The translations under genes and the position numbers were made by a program. This document shows, piece by piece, positions 19,398 through 29,790 of a stretch of 32,000 nt of DNA. Source of the stretch: Vibrio vulnificus CMCP6 (GTDB lineage: Bacteria; Pseudomonadota; Gammaproteobacteria; Enterobacterales; Vibrionaceae); the NCBI RefSeq assembly GCF_000039765.1, contig NC_004459.3:3046104-3078103 (forward strand), in the 5' to 3' direction. The notes under the pieces were generated by a model. The model made no database searches. It saw nothing but the letters and a program-made list of their open reading frames with translations, and had not been told where the DNA came from. Position 1 is the first letter of the stretch; every line of letters begins with the position of its first letter.

Positions 19398-19799
19398 CTA
19401 AAACTGATATTTAATGCCTACCGCACCGCCAAGCTGCAGTTCTGCACCTTTATATAAACTGAGCTCTGGTTGTATTTGACCATACAGGTCCCACCCGTGG
19501 GTGAGATCCCAATTGAGTCCCAACGGTACGCGAAAGCCAAAGTCATCATTCCACTCAGCCCACCCACCTACGCCAACATACCAAGTCACAGGGATATCTT
19601 GATTAAACGTGCCTTTTTTGGCGAGGTAATCAAATGCTAAACCATCATTACCAATCACCCCTCGGTACTGGTGATTCAATTCAATCACGACACTTAACTG
19701 CTGGTCCACTGCCATACCGACAGCAAGGTCGGTCTTTTGTTCTGCAGCTAGAGTAGCGAAAGGAAATAAACAAAGAGAAGCCACTAACCACTTTTTCAT
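19398..19799 (-). CDS. Small putative outer membrane beta-barrel protein
   Basis: 133 aa; signal peptide MKKWLVASLCLFPFATLA|AEQ, aromatic-rich amphipathic strands, C-terminal ...GGAVGIKYQF ending in Phe. Confidence 0.65.
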   Translation of the reverse strand: MKKWLVASLCLFPFATLAAEQKTDLAVGMAVDQQLSVVIELNHQYRGVIGNDGLAFDYLAKKGTFNQDIPVTWYVGVGGWAEWNDDFGFRVPLGLNWDLTHGWDLYGQIQPELSLYKGAELQLGGAVGIKYQF

Positions 19800-19977
19800 C
19801 TAAACGTCCTATTAATAAAAAACAAAAGCTGTAAACATCGTCACAAGCTCAGGTTTTGCATTGCTCTGTAATATCAGTGATGCAATTTTGTCCGCATAGC
19901 CATATCGCCATGTCAGCCAACGGTTAGCCCTACGATAATTCGTTGCAAATGAGGTGGTGAAGATTCAGGGAAAGAGG

Positions 19978-20115
19978 TACCCAAATGACTTGGGTTGCTG
20001 GTAAACGGCAAATGAATGAATCCCCTTGAGTACAGATACACGATGTGAGGGTGCCTGGCAGGCGACTCAGTGAACAAACGTAGCCTGATCACTGCAGCTT
20101 CAAGTAGGAAAGGTA
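19978..20115. repeat. ERIC-like (IRU) intergenic repeat, diverged
   Basis: TACCCAAATGACTTGGGTTGCTGGTAAACGGCAAATGAATGAATCCCC ... GTAGCCTGATCACTGCAGCTTCAAGTAGGAAAGGTA follows the ERIC consensus layout (TATACCC..GTTGCAGG..GGCAAG..GTGAATCCCC..GCAGCTTGAAGTATGACGGGTATA), by recall. Confidence 0.75.
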
Positions 20116-20122
20116 CAATAAA

Positions 20123-20146
20123 AAAAGGAGGCCTCAGCCTCCTTTT
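20123..20146 (-). terminator. Rho-independent terminator downstream of ptsG
   Basis: AAAAGGAGGC-CTCA-GCCTCCTTTT, T run on minus strand. Confidence 0.85.
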
Positions 20147-20168
20147 GTCAATCAATGAGTGTTAGGGA

Positions 20169-21599
20169 TTAACCGTGGTTACGGATCCACTCATCCATTT
20201 CAGTTTTTAGGTTGTCAGATTTAGTACCGAAGATAGCTTGAACACCACCAGCAACGACAACAACACCTGCTGCACCTAGCTTCTTCAATTTATCTTGGTC
20301 TACTGCTGCTGTGTCAGCAACAGCCACACGTAGACGTGTGATACATGCATCTAGACCTGTGATGTTTGCTTTACCGCCGAACGCAGCAACCAATTCACCA
20401 GCAAGGTCTGAGCCAGAAGTTGCAGTTGCTTCTTCCGTTTCATCTTCACGACCTGGAGTCTTAAGATCCATCGCTTGAATAACGAAGCGGAATACTACGT
20501 AGTAGATAGCTGCGTAAACTAGACCAACACCAATCATCAGACCCATCTTCTGCGCGTTACCAGATAGAACTAGGAAGTCGATCAGACCGTGAGAGAATGA
20601 AGTACCGTGTACAAAACCTAGAGTGTTAGCAACAACGTATGCAGAACCCGCTAGTAGAGCGTGGATACCGTAAAGTACAGGAGCAACGAATAGGAATGAG
20701 AATTCGATTGGCTCAGTAATACCGGTTAGGAATGAAGTCAGAGCTGCTGACGCCATGATACCCATTACTTTCGCGCGGTTCTCTGGCTTAGCACAGTGTG
20801 CGATAGCGATCGCTGCTGCAGGTAGACCAAACATCTTGAACATGTAACCGCCCGCTAGCTGACCGAAGCCATTGCCCGCAGCACGAGAAGCTTCATCTGC
20901 AACTAGGTAACACGTTAGAACACCATTTTGAGCTTCGCCTGCAGCGTTCACACAGCTACCCGCTTCGAAGAAGAATGGTACGTTCCACACGTGGTGTAGA
21001 CCGAATGGGATAAGAGAACGTTCAACAATACCGTAGATACCGAATGCAACTTGTGGGTTCTGATGAGCAGCCCAATCAGAGAAAGAAGCAATAGCACCAC
21101 CGATTGGAGGCCATACGATGGATAGTAGGATACCAAGAGCGATAGCCGTGAAACCAGTGATGATTGGCACAGCACGCTTACCAGCAAAGAAGCCTAGGTA
21201 TTCTGGTAGTTGAATCTTGAAGAAACGGTTGAATGCCCAAGCAGCAACACCACCGACTAGGATACCACCAAGGACACCTGTGTCGATTTTTTCAACGCCC
21301 ATTACGCCAGCCATAACTGCAAGTGTTGCTGTCATGATGCCGTAACCAACGATCGCAGCTAGACCTGCTACGCCGTCATTATTTGTAAAGCCAAGTGCAA
21401 CACCTACAGCAAATAGTAGTGCCATTTGACCAAATACAGAACCACCCGCCTGCTCCATCAGATTTGATAAGATATCTGGAATGAAGCTAAGGTCGGCAGC
21501 ACCCACACCTAGTAGAATACCCGCAACTGGTAAAACTGATACTGGTAGCATCAGCGCTTTACCAACTTTTTGCAGGTTAGCAAAAAGGTTCTTAAACAT
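20169..21599 (-). CDS. ptsG: PTS glucose transporter subunit IICB
   Basis: [33 protein letters not shown]; EIIC core; EIIB cysteine motif [13 protein letters not shown]. Start set at ATG 21599 (track start 21692 likely too long). Confidence 0.93.
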   Translation of the reverse strand: MFKNLFANLQKVGKALMLPVSVLPVAGILLGVGAADLSFIPDILSNLMEQAGGSVFGQMALLFAVGVALGFTNNDGVAGLAAIVGYGIMTATLAVMAGVMGVEKIDTGVLGGILVGGVAAWAFNRFFKIQLPEYLGFFAGKRAVPIITGFTAIALGILLSIVWPPIGGAIASFSDWAAHQNPQVAFGIYGIVERSLIPFGLHHVWNVPFFFEAGSCVNAAGEAQNGVLTCYLVADEASRAAGNGFGQLAGGYMFKMFGLPAAAIAIAHCAKPENRAKVMGIMASAALTSFLTGITEPIEFSFLFVAPVLYGIHALLAGSAYVVANTLGFVHGTSFSHGLIDFLVLSGNAQKMGLMIGVGLVYAAIYYVVFRFVIQAMDLKTPGREDETEEATATSGSDLAGELVAAFGGKANITGLDACITRLRVAVADTAAVDQDKLKKLGAAGVVVVAGGVQAIFGTKSDNLKTEMDEWIRNHG

Positions 21600-21999
21600 G
21601 TTTATGCTCCTGATTAATTTATTAGTATTTTGGGTTCTAACGGCACACCCCCGTAGCCTAAATGTTAGCACCCTATGAAAATGTAACCACATGTTGCATT
21701 ATATTTTCCGCCTCTAAATATATCTTGATGCCCCTCAAACTTTCTACAGAGTTACGAAAATTAGTTTCAAAACAAGTCACGGATCACACACAAATAAGCC
21801 TATCAATAGGCTCACATCAGATCATATATCATTGTTTTATATGAATTATTTTAATAACACTATTAATTTCGATGGGTAAATAAAATTGATTGCAATGTTA
21901 TTTTTAGTAACAAAATTACATTTGATTAAATTTCGACAATTTCAATCAACAGATTTAGTTAACAAGAAAAATTAATTTACTTTATGGGGTTAAAAATAA

Positions 22000-22025
22000 A
22001 AAAAGAGAGCATTTGCTCTCTTTTT
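22000..22025 (-). terminator. Rho-independent terminator downstream of the TatD-family gene
   Basis: AAAAAGAGAGCA/TGCTCTCTTTTT inverted repeat. Confidence 0.85.
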
Positions 22026-22042
22026 AATCAATATTTCTTTTT

Positions 22043-22810
22043 CTATCGCAAAAAAAGATTTTTAAAGTTTTGGGTGGTTTTTTCACCAACACTTGCTAAG
22101 GAAATGTTTTTAAGCTGTGCGATATATGCAGCAACTTCGATAACATAGGCGGGTTGATTCTCTTTGCCCCTATGAGGTACAGGTGCCAAGTACGGAGAAT
22201 CGGTTTCGATCAACAACCGTTCCAAAGGAATGTGTTTTACAACCTCTTTAAGCTCCGTTGCTTGTCTGAACGTGACATTTCCAGAGATAGAGATGTAAAA
22301 ACCGAGCGCCATTGCCGCTTCAGCAAAAGCAAGATCTTCGGTAAAACAGTGAATCACGCCACCGCATTTGTCTGCCCCCCCATTGCGAAGAATGGCTAAG
22401 GTATCTTCTCTCGCTTGCCTCGTATGGATAATCAGTGGCTTATTCAGCTCAACCGCGAGTGCAACTTGCTGTTCAAAACGTTCACGCTGCAATGCTTGCG
22501 TCTCTGGCTTATAGTGATAATCAAGACCCGTTTCACCAATAGCCACAACTTTAGAATGCGAGGCATAGGCTTTCATTTTGTCCAAGCAAAAGGGACTTTC
22601 CACGTCTAATGGGTGCACTCCACAAGAGGCGTGTACGTTGTCAAAAGGCTCAATGAGCTCAAGCATTTTTGGAAAAGAATCCAATGTCACACCGACAGAC
22701 AGCAATTGCTCCACATTTACCTGCTTGGCTTTGTTGATCACGTCAGCAACATCTATGTGCAGATCATCGTAATTCAATTTGTCTAGGTGACAATGAGAAT
22801 CTACAAACAT
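22043..22810 (-). CDS. TatD family metal-dependent hydrolase (YcfH-like)
   Basis: MFVDSHCHLDKL..., GETGLDYHY, HTRQAREDTL, ETDSPYLAPVPHRGKENQPAYV. Confidence 0.94.
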   Translation of the reverse strand: MFVDSHCHLDKLNYDDLHIDVADVINKAKQVNVEQLLSVGVTLDSFPKMLELIEPFDNVHASCGVHPLDVESPFCLDKMKAYASHSKVVAIGETGLDYHYKPETQALQRERFEQQVALAVELNKPLIIHTRQAREDTLAILRNGGADKCGGVIHCFTEDLAFAEAAMALGFYISISGNVTFRQATELKEVVKHIPLERLLIETDSPYLAPVPHRGKENQPAYVIEVAAYIAQLKNISLASVGEKTTQNFKNLFLR

Positions 22811-23757
22811 AATGCCTCTCTAGTTTCGATTAACCAGTTGATGATCATCAGTTCTTCGTTTAAACCCGAAAACTGATGTAACTGTTGATTTAATTGATTG
22901 AGTTTTACCATTGAGGTCTGTAATCCGCTCAAAGGCAGTTGCCCTAGCGCGTGACTACCTTGCAATGTTTCTTCATTTTGCAAGCCAAAATGAACCTTCT
23001 GCGCATCAGAAAGCAGTAACCACAACCACGAGAGATTACGTAACGTCGCGGCTTGAACTGTCTGACACAGTGACACGTAGTCAGAATCCGCCTGAATTAA
23101 GAAATCCACAAACTGTCTTTCGAGTTTTTCATAGTGTTGAAACTCTGATTCTTTTGCCATGTGCATTGCCGTCACGGGCGAGTAATGAGCCAGTTTCAGA
23201 AAGGACTCATTCACGCTAACCCCTTGTTGTTGCAACCATTGCATAGACACCGAGACCTCAGGAGGCGTTATGCTCCACTGTTGACAACGGCTGATGATAG
23301 TGGGCAACAACCGTTTCTTATCGTGGCAAATCAACAAAAATAGGCAGCTCCCAGACGGCTCTTCCAATGTTTTCAACAACGCATTTGAAGCCGATTCGTT
23401 CATCGCCTCCGCAGGTTCGATAACAAACAAACGATATCCGCCCATTTGAGAAGATTCTTGTGCCTGACGGTTACATTGGCGTATCTGCTCAACAGTAATA
23501 GCCTTGCCTTCTTTCTCTGGCCTAATGAAATGAAGATCAGGATGGTTTTGCGACTTTAACAGCTCGCAACTATGGCAAAAGCCACAACCCTCATCAGGGT
23601 AAGTCTTACACAGTAAAGCCGCCGAAAACTTTTCGATAAGCTCGTCAACACCGAGCTCAACGTCAGATTGCAACAAGATGGCACCAGGTAACCGCTGTGC
23701 CGACATGGCGGACTGCAGCCCTTGCCATGTCGATGCTAACCAAGGATAGTGTGTCAA
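22801..23757 (-). CDS. holB: DNA polymerase III subunit delta'
   Basis: 318 aa; YPDEGCGFCHSCELLKSQNHPDLHFIRPEKEGKAITVEQIRQ, ALLKTLEEPSGSCLFLL; between tmk and tatD-family gene. Confidence 0.93.
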   Translation of the reverse strand: MTHYPWLASTWQGLQSAMSAQRLPGAILLQSDVELGVDELIEKFSAALLCKTYPDEGCGFCHSCELLKSQNHPDLHFIRPEKEGKAITVEQIRQCNRQAQESSQMGGYRLFVIEPAEAMNESASNALLKTLEEPSGSCLFLLICHDKKRLLPTIISRCQQWSITPPEVSVSMQWLQQQGVSVNESFLKLAHYSPVTAMHMAKESEFQHYEKLERQFVDFLIQADSDYVSLCQTVQAATLRNLSWLWLLLSDAQKVHFGLQNEETLQGSHALGQLPLSGLQTSMVKLNQLNQQLHQFSGLNEELMIINWLIETREALCL

Positions 23758-23761
23758 AACC

Positions 23762-24400
23762 TTAATCCTGTAACTGTTCTAGCCAAAGGTTGAGCGCAGA
23801 TCGAATGTCGTTCGCGACCTGCTCAATGCTTTGCTCTGCGTTAATCGTAACGATAGACGCATCGCTCTTCGCTAACTCCAAATAACGCTGACGTGTTCTT
23901 TCGAAAAAGCTGATGTCCATTTTTTCGATGCGATCGAGCTCTCCTCGCCCTCTCGCTCTCTCCAAGCCCACTTTAGGATCGATATCCATATACAGAGTAA
24001 AGGCTGGCTTAAACTCTCCTAATGCCGTGTCACGAAGATTTTTCATTAGTGTCGCATCAATTTGACGACCACCGCCTTGGTACGCTTGGGAAGAGAGATC
24101 ATGACGATCACCCACCACCCACTTTCCTTCGTGTAGCGCAGGTTTAATGACATTCTCAACTAACTGAACTCGTGCCGCGTAGAGCAGTAGCAGCTCCGTC
24201 ATGTCATGCAAATGCTCGCCAGGATGCTCTTCCTTCACCAGAGCTCGCATCTTTTCCGCCAAAGGTGTGCCACCCGGTTCACGCGTTTGTGCAATCTCAT
24301 TAATCCCTGCTTGGCGTAATGTGTCCAAAACCGTTTGAATTGCCGTGCTTTTCCCAGCGCCTTCTAAACCTTCAATGACGATAAATTTTGCTTGCTTCAT
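23762..24400 (-). CDS. tmk: Thymidylate kinase
   Basis: [53 protein letters not shown]. Confidence 0.96.
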   Translation of the reverse strand: MKQAKFIVIEGLEGAGKSTAIQTVLDTLRQAGINEIAQTREPGGTPLAEKMRALVKEEHPGEHLHDMTELLLLYAARVQLVENVIKPALHEGKWVVGDRHDLSSQAYQGGGRQIDATLMKNLRDTALGEFKPAFTLYMDIDPKVGLERARGRGELDRIEKMDISFFERTRQRYLELAKSDASIVTINAEQSIEQVANDIRSALNLWLEQLQD

Positions 24401-25413
24401 CTTTTCTTCAATTCCCGCAGATATGCTCTTACTGCTCTATTATGTTCAGCTAATGTTTTTGAGAACACATGCCCACCCTTACCGCTAGCGACAAAGTAAA
24501 GATAGCTGCTGTTCTCTGGATTTAATGCGGCAGCGATAGAGGCTTCTCCCGCCATCGCAATCGGCGTCGGTGGCAATCCGTTAATCACGTAAGTATTGTA
24601 TGGCGTTGGCGTGCGTAGATCTTTCTTGCGAATGTTGCCATCGTAGGCCTCCCCCATGCCATAGATCACCGTAGGGTCCGTTTGCAAGCGCATTCGCTTA
24701 TTTAAGCGGTTCACAAATACAGACGCAACTCGCTCTCTTTCTTCATCAATAGCGGTTTCTTTCTCAATAATGGAAGCTAGAATTAGCGCTTCATAACTGT
24801 TTTTTAGCGGCAACTTATCTTGACGCTGCTGCCAATGTTTATCCAGCACTCGATTTAACTTCTCATGTGCGCGTTTGAGTAACTCAACATCAGAGGTGCC
24901 GTAGGTATAGTGATAGGTTTCCGCAAGAAAAAGGCCTTCAAGCTTTTCATAGGGAATCTCCAGTCGCTTGGCAATTTCTGCTTCGCTCAAACCTGCCAAT
25001 TCATGAACCAAATAAGGGTCTTGTGCCATCTGCACCATCCACTCTTGGAAACGACTTCCCTCGACAAATGTGATGGTAAATTGATGTTCTTTGCCAAGAT
25101 TGAACACTTCCAACGCTTGATAAAGCGACATCTCTGATTCGATTTGGTAGGTACCTGCTTTTATTCGAGTAATTTCTGGGTAGAGTTTGGGAATTAAGCG
25201 CGCCAGAGGTGTGGGTTCCTCAATCCAGCCTTTCTCTGTCAGAATGGCCAATGTGCGGCCAAAACCACTTCCTGAAGGAATGGTGATGATCTCACTGCCC
25301 TCGAGTTTGAGCGGTTGGTTAACGTAGGTTTTGGTTTGCGAATATGCCCAAAAAGTAGCAACGCCTATCATCAACGCGGCAATAAAGAGCAGCCCTATTA
25401 TTTTTTTTATCAC
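24397..25413 (-). CDS. mltG: Endolytic murein transglycosylase MltG (YceG)
   Basis: 338 aa; N-terminal TM; [65 protein letters not shown]. Confidence 0.95.
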   Translation of the reverse strand: MIKKIIGLLFIAALMIGVATFWAYSQTKTYVNQPLKLEGSEIITIPSGSGFGRTLAILTEKGWIEEPTPLARLIPKLYPEITRIKAGTYQIESEMSLYQALEVFNLGKEHQFTITFVEGSRFQEWMVQMAQDPYLVHELAGLSEAEIAKRLEIPYEKLEGLFLAETYHYTYGTSDVELLKRAHEKLNRVLDKHWQQRQDKLPLKNSYEALILASIIEKETAIDEERERVASVFVNRLNKRMRLQTDPTVIYGMGEAYDGNIRKKDLRTPTPYNTYVINGLPPTPIAMAGEASIAAALNPENSSYLYFVASGKGGHVFSKTLAEHNRAVRAYLRELKKR

Positions 25414-26213
25414 GAGTTAAAAATTCCTTCAAAATATCGTGTTGTGGTACCAATTGGGTAACGGGTTTCGAGAATCTGATTGATAGGAGCAACACCCAGC
25501 AAAGAGTTGGTCATGAATACTTCCTCAGCCGCCAATAAAGAGGACAAGTCTGCTTTGATTTCCTGACACGCTATCGCACGACGTTGTGCTTCGCCCATCA
25601 CCAAGCGACGCATCACACCGGACACTCCACTCAAAGTGAGATCGGGAGTAAAAAGTACACCATTCTTAACCCAAAAAAGATTGGCTATTGTAGTTTCAAT
25701 CACATGGTTTTGCACATTAATCGTCACCCCATCTAGGTAACCCAACGCATCGAGTTCCCCTTTGCAAAGAACTTGCTCAAGACGATTATTATGCTTGTGT
25801 CCTGCAAGAATAGGATTGATACCGAGAGGTGTTTGACACACACCGAGCTCTACACCATGTTGTTGCCATTGGGAATAATGAACAGGATAGGAAAAACTCG
25901 AGATGGTAACATTTGGCGTAGCAACACCACTGGGGCTGTAACCGCGACCGCCTTCTCCGCGGCTAATGTGCAATTTCAACCCACCTCGTGCATCTGGTAA
26001 CGCGGCCTGGTGTAGCCACTGTTCAACCAATGCCCAATCAGGGAGAGGAATAGAAAGAACCTGTAAGCACGCTTCCATACGTTCAATATGTAATGGCCAA
26101 TGCTCGATTTGGCCATTCAATGTTTTCATGGTGGTAAAGCAGCCATCACCATACTGGAATGATCGGTCTGAGAGAGAAACTTCCGTTGCTACAACGCCAT
26201 TGACCCAATACAT
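25410..26213 (-). CDS. pabC: Aminodeoxychorismate lyase
   Basis: MYWVNGVVATEVSLSDRSFQYGDGCFTTMKTLNG; class IV aminotransferase fold. Start chosen at ATG 26213. Confidence 0.92.
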   Translation of the reverse strand: MYWVNGVVATEVSLSDRSFQYGDGCFTTMKTLNGQIEHWPLHIERMEACLQVLSIPLPDWALVEQWLHQAALPDARGGLKLHISRGEGGRGYSPSGVATPNVTISSFSYPVHYSQWQQHGVELGVCQTPLGINPILAGHKHNNRLEQVLCKGELDALGYLDGVTINVQNHVIETTIANLFWVKNGVLFTPDLTLSGVSGVMRRLVMGEAQRRAIACQEIKADLSSLLAAEEVFMTNSLLGVAPINQILETRYPIGTTTRYFEGIFNS

Positions 26214-26298
26214 GCTATCTATATCCCAATAAAAACAAAACGGCTTAATGCTAAGCATCAAGCCGTTTAAATACAAGTTTCAGAAACCTAAATGAGTG

Positions 26299-27540
26299 TT
26301 AGATTTTCTTAAATACGAGTGAGCCGTTTGTTCCACCGAAGCCGAATGAGTTACAGATCGCGTATTCCATATCCACTTTCTTCGCAGTATGTGGAACAAG
26401 ATCGATATCCAAACCTTCTTCTGGATTATCCAGGTTAATGGTTGGTGGAACGATCTGATCAACCAGCGACAACACGGTAATGATCGCTTCAACAGAGCCT
26501 GCGGCACCAAGTAGGTGGCCGGTCATAGATTTTGTTGAAGATACTTTAACTTGTTTTGCGCCCTCTTCACCAAGAGCACGTTTTACGCCTTTAATTTCAG
26601 CCACATCGCCTGCTGGTGTTGATGTACCGTGAGCGTTCACATAACCCACTTGTGTACCAACAATACCTGCGTCACGCATTGCCGCTTCCATCGCTAGAGC
26701 GCCACCAGAGCCGTCTTCGCTTGGTGAAGTCATGTGATAAGCATCACCCGACATACCAAAGCCAACCAGCTCAGCGTAAATTTTTGCGCCACGTGCTTTT
26801 GCATGTTCGTACTCTTCAAGTACCATGATGCCAGCACCATCGCCTAATACGAAACCATCGCGATCTTTGTCCCAAGGACGAGACGCTTTTTGTGGTTCAT
26901 CGTTACGAGTAGAAAGAGCTTTCGCCGCACCAAAGCCAGCCATACCAAGCGGTGTTGATGCTTTCTCAGCACCACCAGCAACCATAGCATCAGCATCGCC
27001 GTAAGCGATCATTCGCGCTGCATGGCCGATGTTATGCAGACCAGTAGTACATGCCGTAGAAATCGCGATGTTCGGACCGCGCATGCCACGCATGATAGAT
27101 AGATTACCTGCAACCATGTTTACAATAGTTGAAGGAACGAAGAATGGGCTAACTTTACGTGGGCCTTTTTCAACTAAAGCGGTGTGGCCTGCTTCAATAA
27201 GATCAAGACCGCCGATACCAGAGCCGATCGCAACACCAACGCGGTGTGCGTTTTCATCCGTAATTTCAAGACCTGAATCGTCTAAAGCCTGAATACCTGC
27301 TGCAATGCCGTACTGGATGAAGAGATCCATTTTACGTGCATCTTTTTTAGACATGTATTCTTCGCAGTTGAAGTCTTTTACCAAACCGGCGAAACGGGTA
27401 GAGAAGTTAGTTGCATCGAAATGTTCGATATTGACGATACCACTTTTGCCTTCAAGCAGGGATTTCCAGGATTCTGCTACGGTGTTGCCAACCGGTGACA
27501 ACATACCCATGCCAGTGACAACTACACGACGCTTGGACAC
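26299..27540 (-). CDS. fabF: Beta-ketoacyl-ACP synthase II
   Basis: 413 aa; [60 protein letters not shown]. Confidence 0.97.
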   Translation of the reverse strand: MSKRRVVVTGMGMLSPVGNTVAESWKSLLEGKSGIVNIEHFDATNFSTRFAGLVKDFNCEEYMSKKDARKMDLFIQYGIAAGIQALDDSGLEITDENAHRVGVAIGSGIGGLDLIEAGHTALVEKGPRKVSPFFVPSTIVNMVAGNLSIMRGMRGPNIAISTACTTGLHNIGHAARMIAYGDADAMVAGGAEKASTPLGMAGFGAAKALSTRNDEPQKASRPWDKDRDGFVLGDGAGIMVLEEYEHAKARGAKIYAELVGFGMSGDAYHMTSPSEDGSGGALAMEAAMRDAGIVGTQVGYVNAHGTSTPAGDVAEIKGVKRALGEEGAKQVKVSSTKSMTGHLLGAAGSVEAIITVLSLVDQIVPPTINLDNPEEGLDIDLVPHTAKKVDMEYAICNSFGFGGTNGSLVFKKI

Positions 27541-27592
27541 GATATAATTCTCCGGGGATTGAATTTCTATGAGAGGATAGAAGAAGTTAGAA

Positions 27593-27621
27593 AAAACACA
27601 GGCGGTCTAGGTGACCGCCTG
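27593..27621 (-). terminator. Terminator/attenuator between acpP and fabF
   Basis: CAGGCGGTC (27599-27607)/GACCGCCTG (27613-27621) followed on minus strand by TGTTTTTT. Confidence 0.85.
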
Positions 27622-27631
27622 GGGGAGATGA

Positions 27632-27868
27632 TTACTGAGCGTTCGCAGTTACGTAATCGATCGCAGCTTGAACAGTTGTAATCTTTTCAGCTTCTTCGTC
27701 AGGGATCTCAGTGTCGAATTCTTCTTCTAGTGCCATTACTAGTTCAACGGTGTCTAGAGAATCAGCACCTAGGTCGTCTACGAAAGAAGCTTCGTTTTTA
27801 ACTTCAGACTCATCAACACCTAGTTGTTCAACAATGATTTTCTTTACGCGTTCTTCGAGGTTGCTCAT
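27632..27868 (-). CDS. acpP: Acyl carrier protein
   Basis: 78 aa; [47 protein letters not shown]. Confidence 0.98.
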   Translation of the reverse strand: MSNLEERVKKIIVEQLGVDESEVKNEASFVDDLGADSLDTVELVMALEEEFDTEIPDEEAEKITTVQAAIDYVTANAQ

Positions 27869-28033
27869 TTTTCTTTTCCTTTACAGAGTTCGCTTTATGC
27901 GATGTTTTCCGTAGTTTATTCAAACTATTAAAAGTTGCAAGACCAACTTTTCTGGTCAAACCACAATTTACGCGATTTTAACCGATTTTCATTACATATT
28001 TGACCTAAATCATGCACAGACAGTGAACATAAT

Positions 28034-28780
28034 TTAGACCATATACATTCCGCCGTTGACGTGCAGTGTTTCGCCAGTGATGTAAGCAGCAGCTGGCGAC
28101 GCCAAAAATACCACAGCTTCCGCAATTTCACGAGGATCACCAAGACGACCTGCTGGAACATTCGCCAAAGTGGTCGCACGCTGCTCATCATTTAGAGCAC
28201 GAGTCATATCTGTCTCAATGAAACCTGGCGCTACAGTATTGACCGTTACACCACGAGATGCAACTTCACGAGCCAATGATTTTGTGAAACCAATAACACC
28301 CGCTTTCGCAGCCGCGTAGTTTGCTTGGCCTGCGTTACCCATTGTGCCAACAACAGAACCAACGTTGATGATGCGGCCATCACGTTTTTTCATCATGCCA
28401 CGCATCACTGCTTTAGAAAGACGGAAAATAGACGTTAGGTTAGTGTCCATGATGTCGTTCCACTCGTCATCTTTCATACGCATAAGCAGATTATCGCGTG
28501 TGATACCTGCATTATTAATCAAGATGTCGACAGCGCCGAATTCATCATTAATCGCTTTTAGTACGCTTTCAACCGATTCAGCATCCGTCACATTCAGAGC
28601 AAAGCCTTTGCCATTTTCGCCTAGGTATTCTGAAATTGCCGCTGCGCCGTTTTCTGAAGTCGCGGTACCAATTACTGTCGCGCCACGTGCAACCAGAGTT
28701 TCTGCGATTGCGCGACCGATACCACGGCTCGCGCCCGTTACTAACGCAACTTTACCGCTTAGGTTTAATAAGTCAGTCAT
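28034..28780 (-). CDS. fabG: 3-oxoacyl-ACP reductase FabG
   Basis: KVALVTGASRGIGRAIAETLVARGATVIGTATSENGA, INVGSVVGTMGNAGQANYAAAKAGVIGFTK. Confidence 0.96.
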   Translation of the reverse strand: MTDLLNLSGKVALVTGASRGIGRAIAETLVARGATVIGTATSENGAAAISEYLGENGKGFALNVTDAESVESVLKAINDEFGAVDILINNAGITRDNLLMRMKDDEWNDIMDTNLTSIFRLSKAVMRGMMKKRDGRIINVGSVVGTMGNAGQANYAAAKAGVIGFTKSLAREVASRGVTVNTVAPGFIETDMTRALNDEQRATTLANVPAGRLGDPREIAEAVVFLASPAAAYITGETLHVNGGMYMV

Positions 28781-28792
28781 TTTTATTCCCTA

Positions 28793-29716
28793 TTACTTTA
28801 CAGCGTCAAGCGATGCAACATCGTTTACTGCCGCTGCTTCTAGTGATTTGACAATACGTTTTGTCAAACCTGTCAATACTTTACCAGGGCCCATTTCAAG
28901 CAATTTTTCGACACCCTGTGAACTCATTAGTTCCACACTTTCAGTCCAACGAACTGGGCTGTACAGTTGACGAACTAGGGCATCTTTGATTTTCGCTGGG
29001 TCGGTTTCTGCAACCACATCCACGTTATTGATCACTGGCAGCTGTGGGGCTTTGAATTCGATAGATTCCAGTGCAACCGCAAGTTTCTCTGCTGCTGGTT
29101 TCATTAGTGCACAGTGTGAAGGCACAGAAACTGGAAGAGGAAGAGCACGTTTAGCGCCCGCTTCTTTACACAGTGCACCCGCACGCTCTACTGCGTCTTT
29201 GCTGCCTGCAATCACCACTTGGCCAGGAGAGTTGAAGTTCACTGGAGAGACCACCTCGCCTTGCGCTGCTTCTTCACAAGCTTTGGCAATCGCTTCATCA
29301 TCTAGGCCGATGATCGCGTACATCGCGCCAGTCCCTGCTGGTACGGCTTCTTGCATAAGTTGACCACGAAGCTCGACAAGTTTGATCGCTTCTTGGAAAT
29401 CAATCACGCCAGCACACACTAATGCTGAGTACTCACCCAAGCTATGGCCTGCCAAGTTTTCTGGTTGAGCAAGACCTAATTCTTGCCACACTCGCCAGAT
29501 CGCTACCGACGAAGCCAGCAATGCCGGTTGAGTGCGGAACGTCTGATTCAAATCTTCCGCAGGACCGTTTTGTACCAGTGCCCATAAATCGTAGCCAAGC
29601 GCTTCTGACGCTTGTGCAAATGTTTGTTTAACGATTTCATACTGTTCGCCAAGATCTGCCAGCATACCAACTGCTTGAGAACCTTGACCTGGAAATACGA
29701 TAGCAAACTTGCTCAT
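28793..29716 (-). CDS. fabD: Malonyl-CoA:ACP transacylase
   Basis: 307 aa; MSKFAIVFPGQGSQAVGM, GHSLGEYSALVCAG, VPSHCALM. Confidence 0.97.
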   Translation of the reverse strand: MSKFAIVFPGQGSQAVGMLADLGEQYEIVKQTFAQASEALGYDLWALVQNGPAEDLNQTFRTQPALLASSVAIWRVWQELGLAQPENLAGHSLGEYSALVCAGVIDFQEAIKLVELRGQLMQEAVPAGTGAMYAIIGLDDEAIAKACEEAAQGEVVSPVNFNSPGQVVIAGSKDAVERAGALCKEAGAKRALPLPVSVPSHCALMKPAAEKLAVALESIEFKAPQLPVINNVDVVAETDPAKIKDALVRQLYSPVRWTESVELMSSQGVEKLLEMGPGKVLTGLTKRIVKSLEAAAVNDVASLDAVK

Positions 29717-29747
29717 AGTAATTTTCCTTAACCGAAGCTAAATAAAA

Positions 29748-29774
29748 TGCTGTTACTACTCACGAGCAACAGCA
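29748..29774 (-). terminator. Possible weak terminator/attenuator between fabH and fabD
   Basis: Stem TGCTGTT (29748-29754)/AACAGCA (29768-29774), minus-strand tail TTTTATTT. Confidence 0.35.
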
Positions 29775-29790
29775 AAATTAGAATTCTTAA

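Noticed and set aside
19978-20115. Considered as a novel structured sRNA or CsrB-like RNA near ptsG
   Set aside because: Only sparse GGA motifs; termini and core match the ERIC-like pattern better. Not fully excluded without a copy-number search.
19913-20155. 80-aa minus-strand ORF between ptsG and the outer-membrane-like gene
   Set aside because: Covers the ERIC-like repeat and the ptsG terminator hairpin; better explained by those non-coding elements.
21801-21816. Palindrome AGCCTAT-CA-ATAGGCT upstream of ptsG as a terminator or operator
   Set aside because: Short spacer and no T run; could be an operator but nothing specific supports it.
28344-28970. 208-aa plus-strand ORF antisense to fabG/fabD
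   Set aside because: Low-complexity composition (rich in T, S, P, R), exactly overlaps two certain genes on the opposite strand; a shadow ORF.
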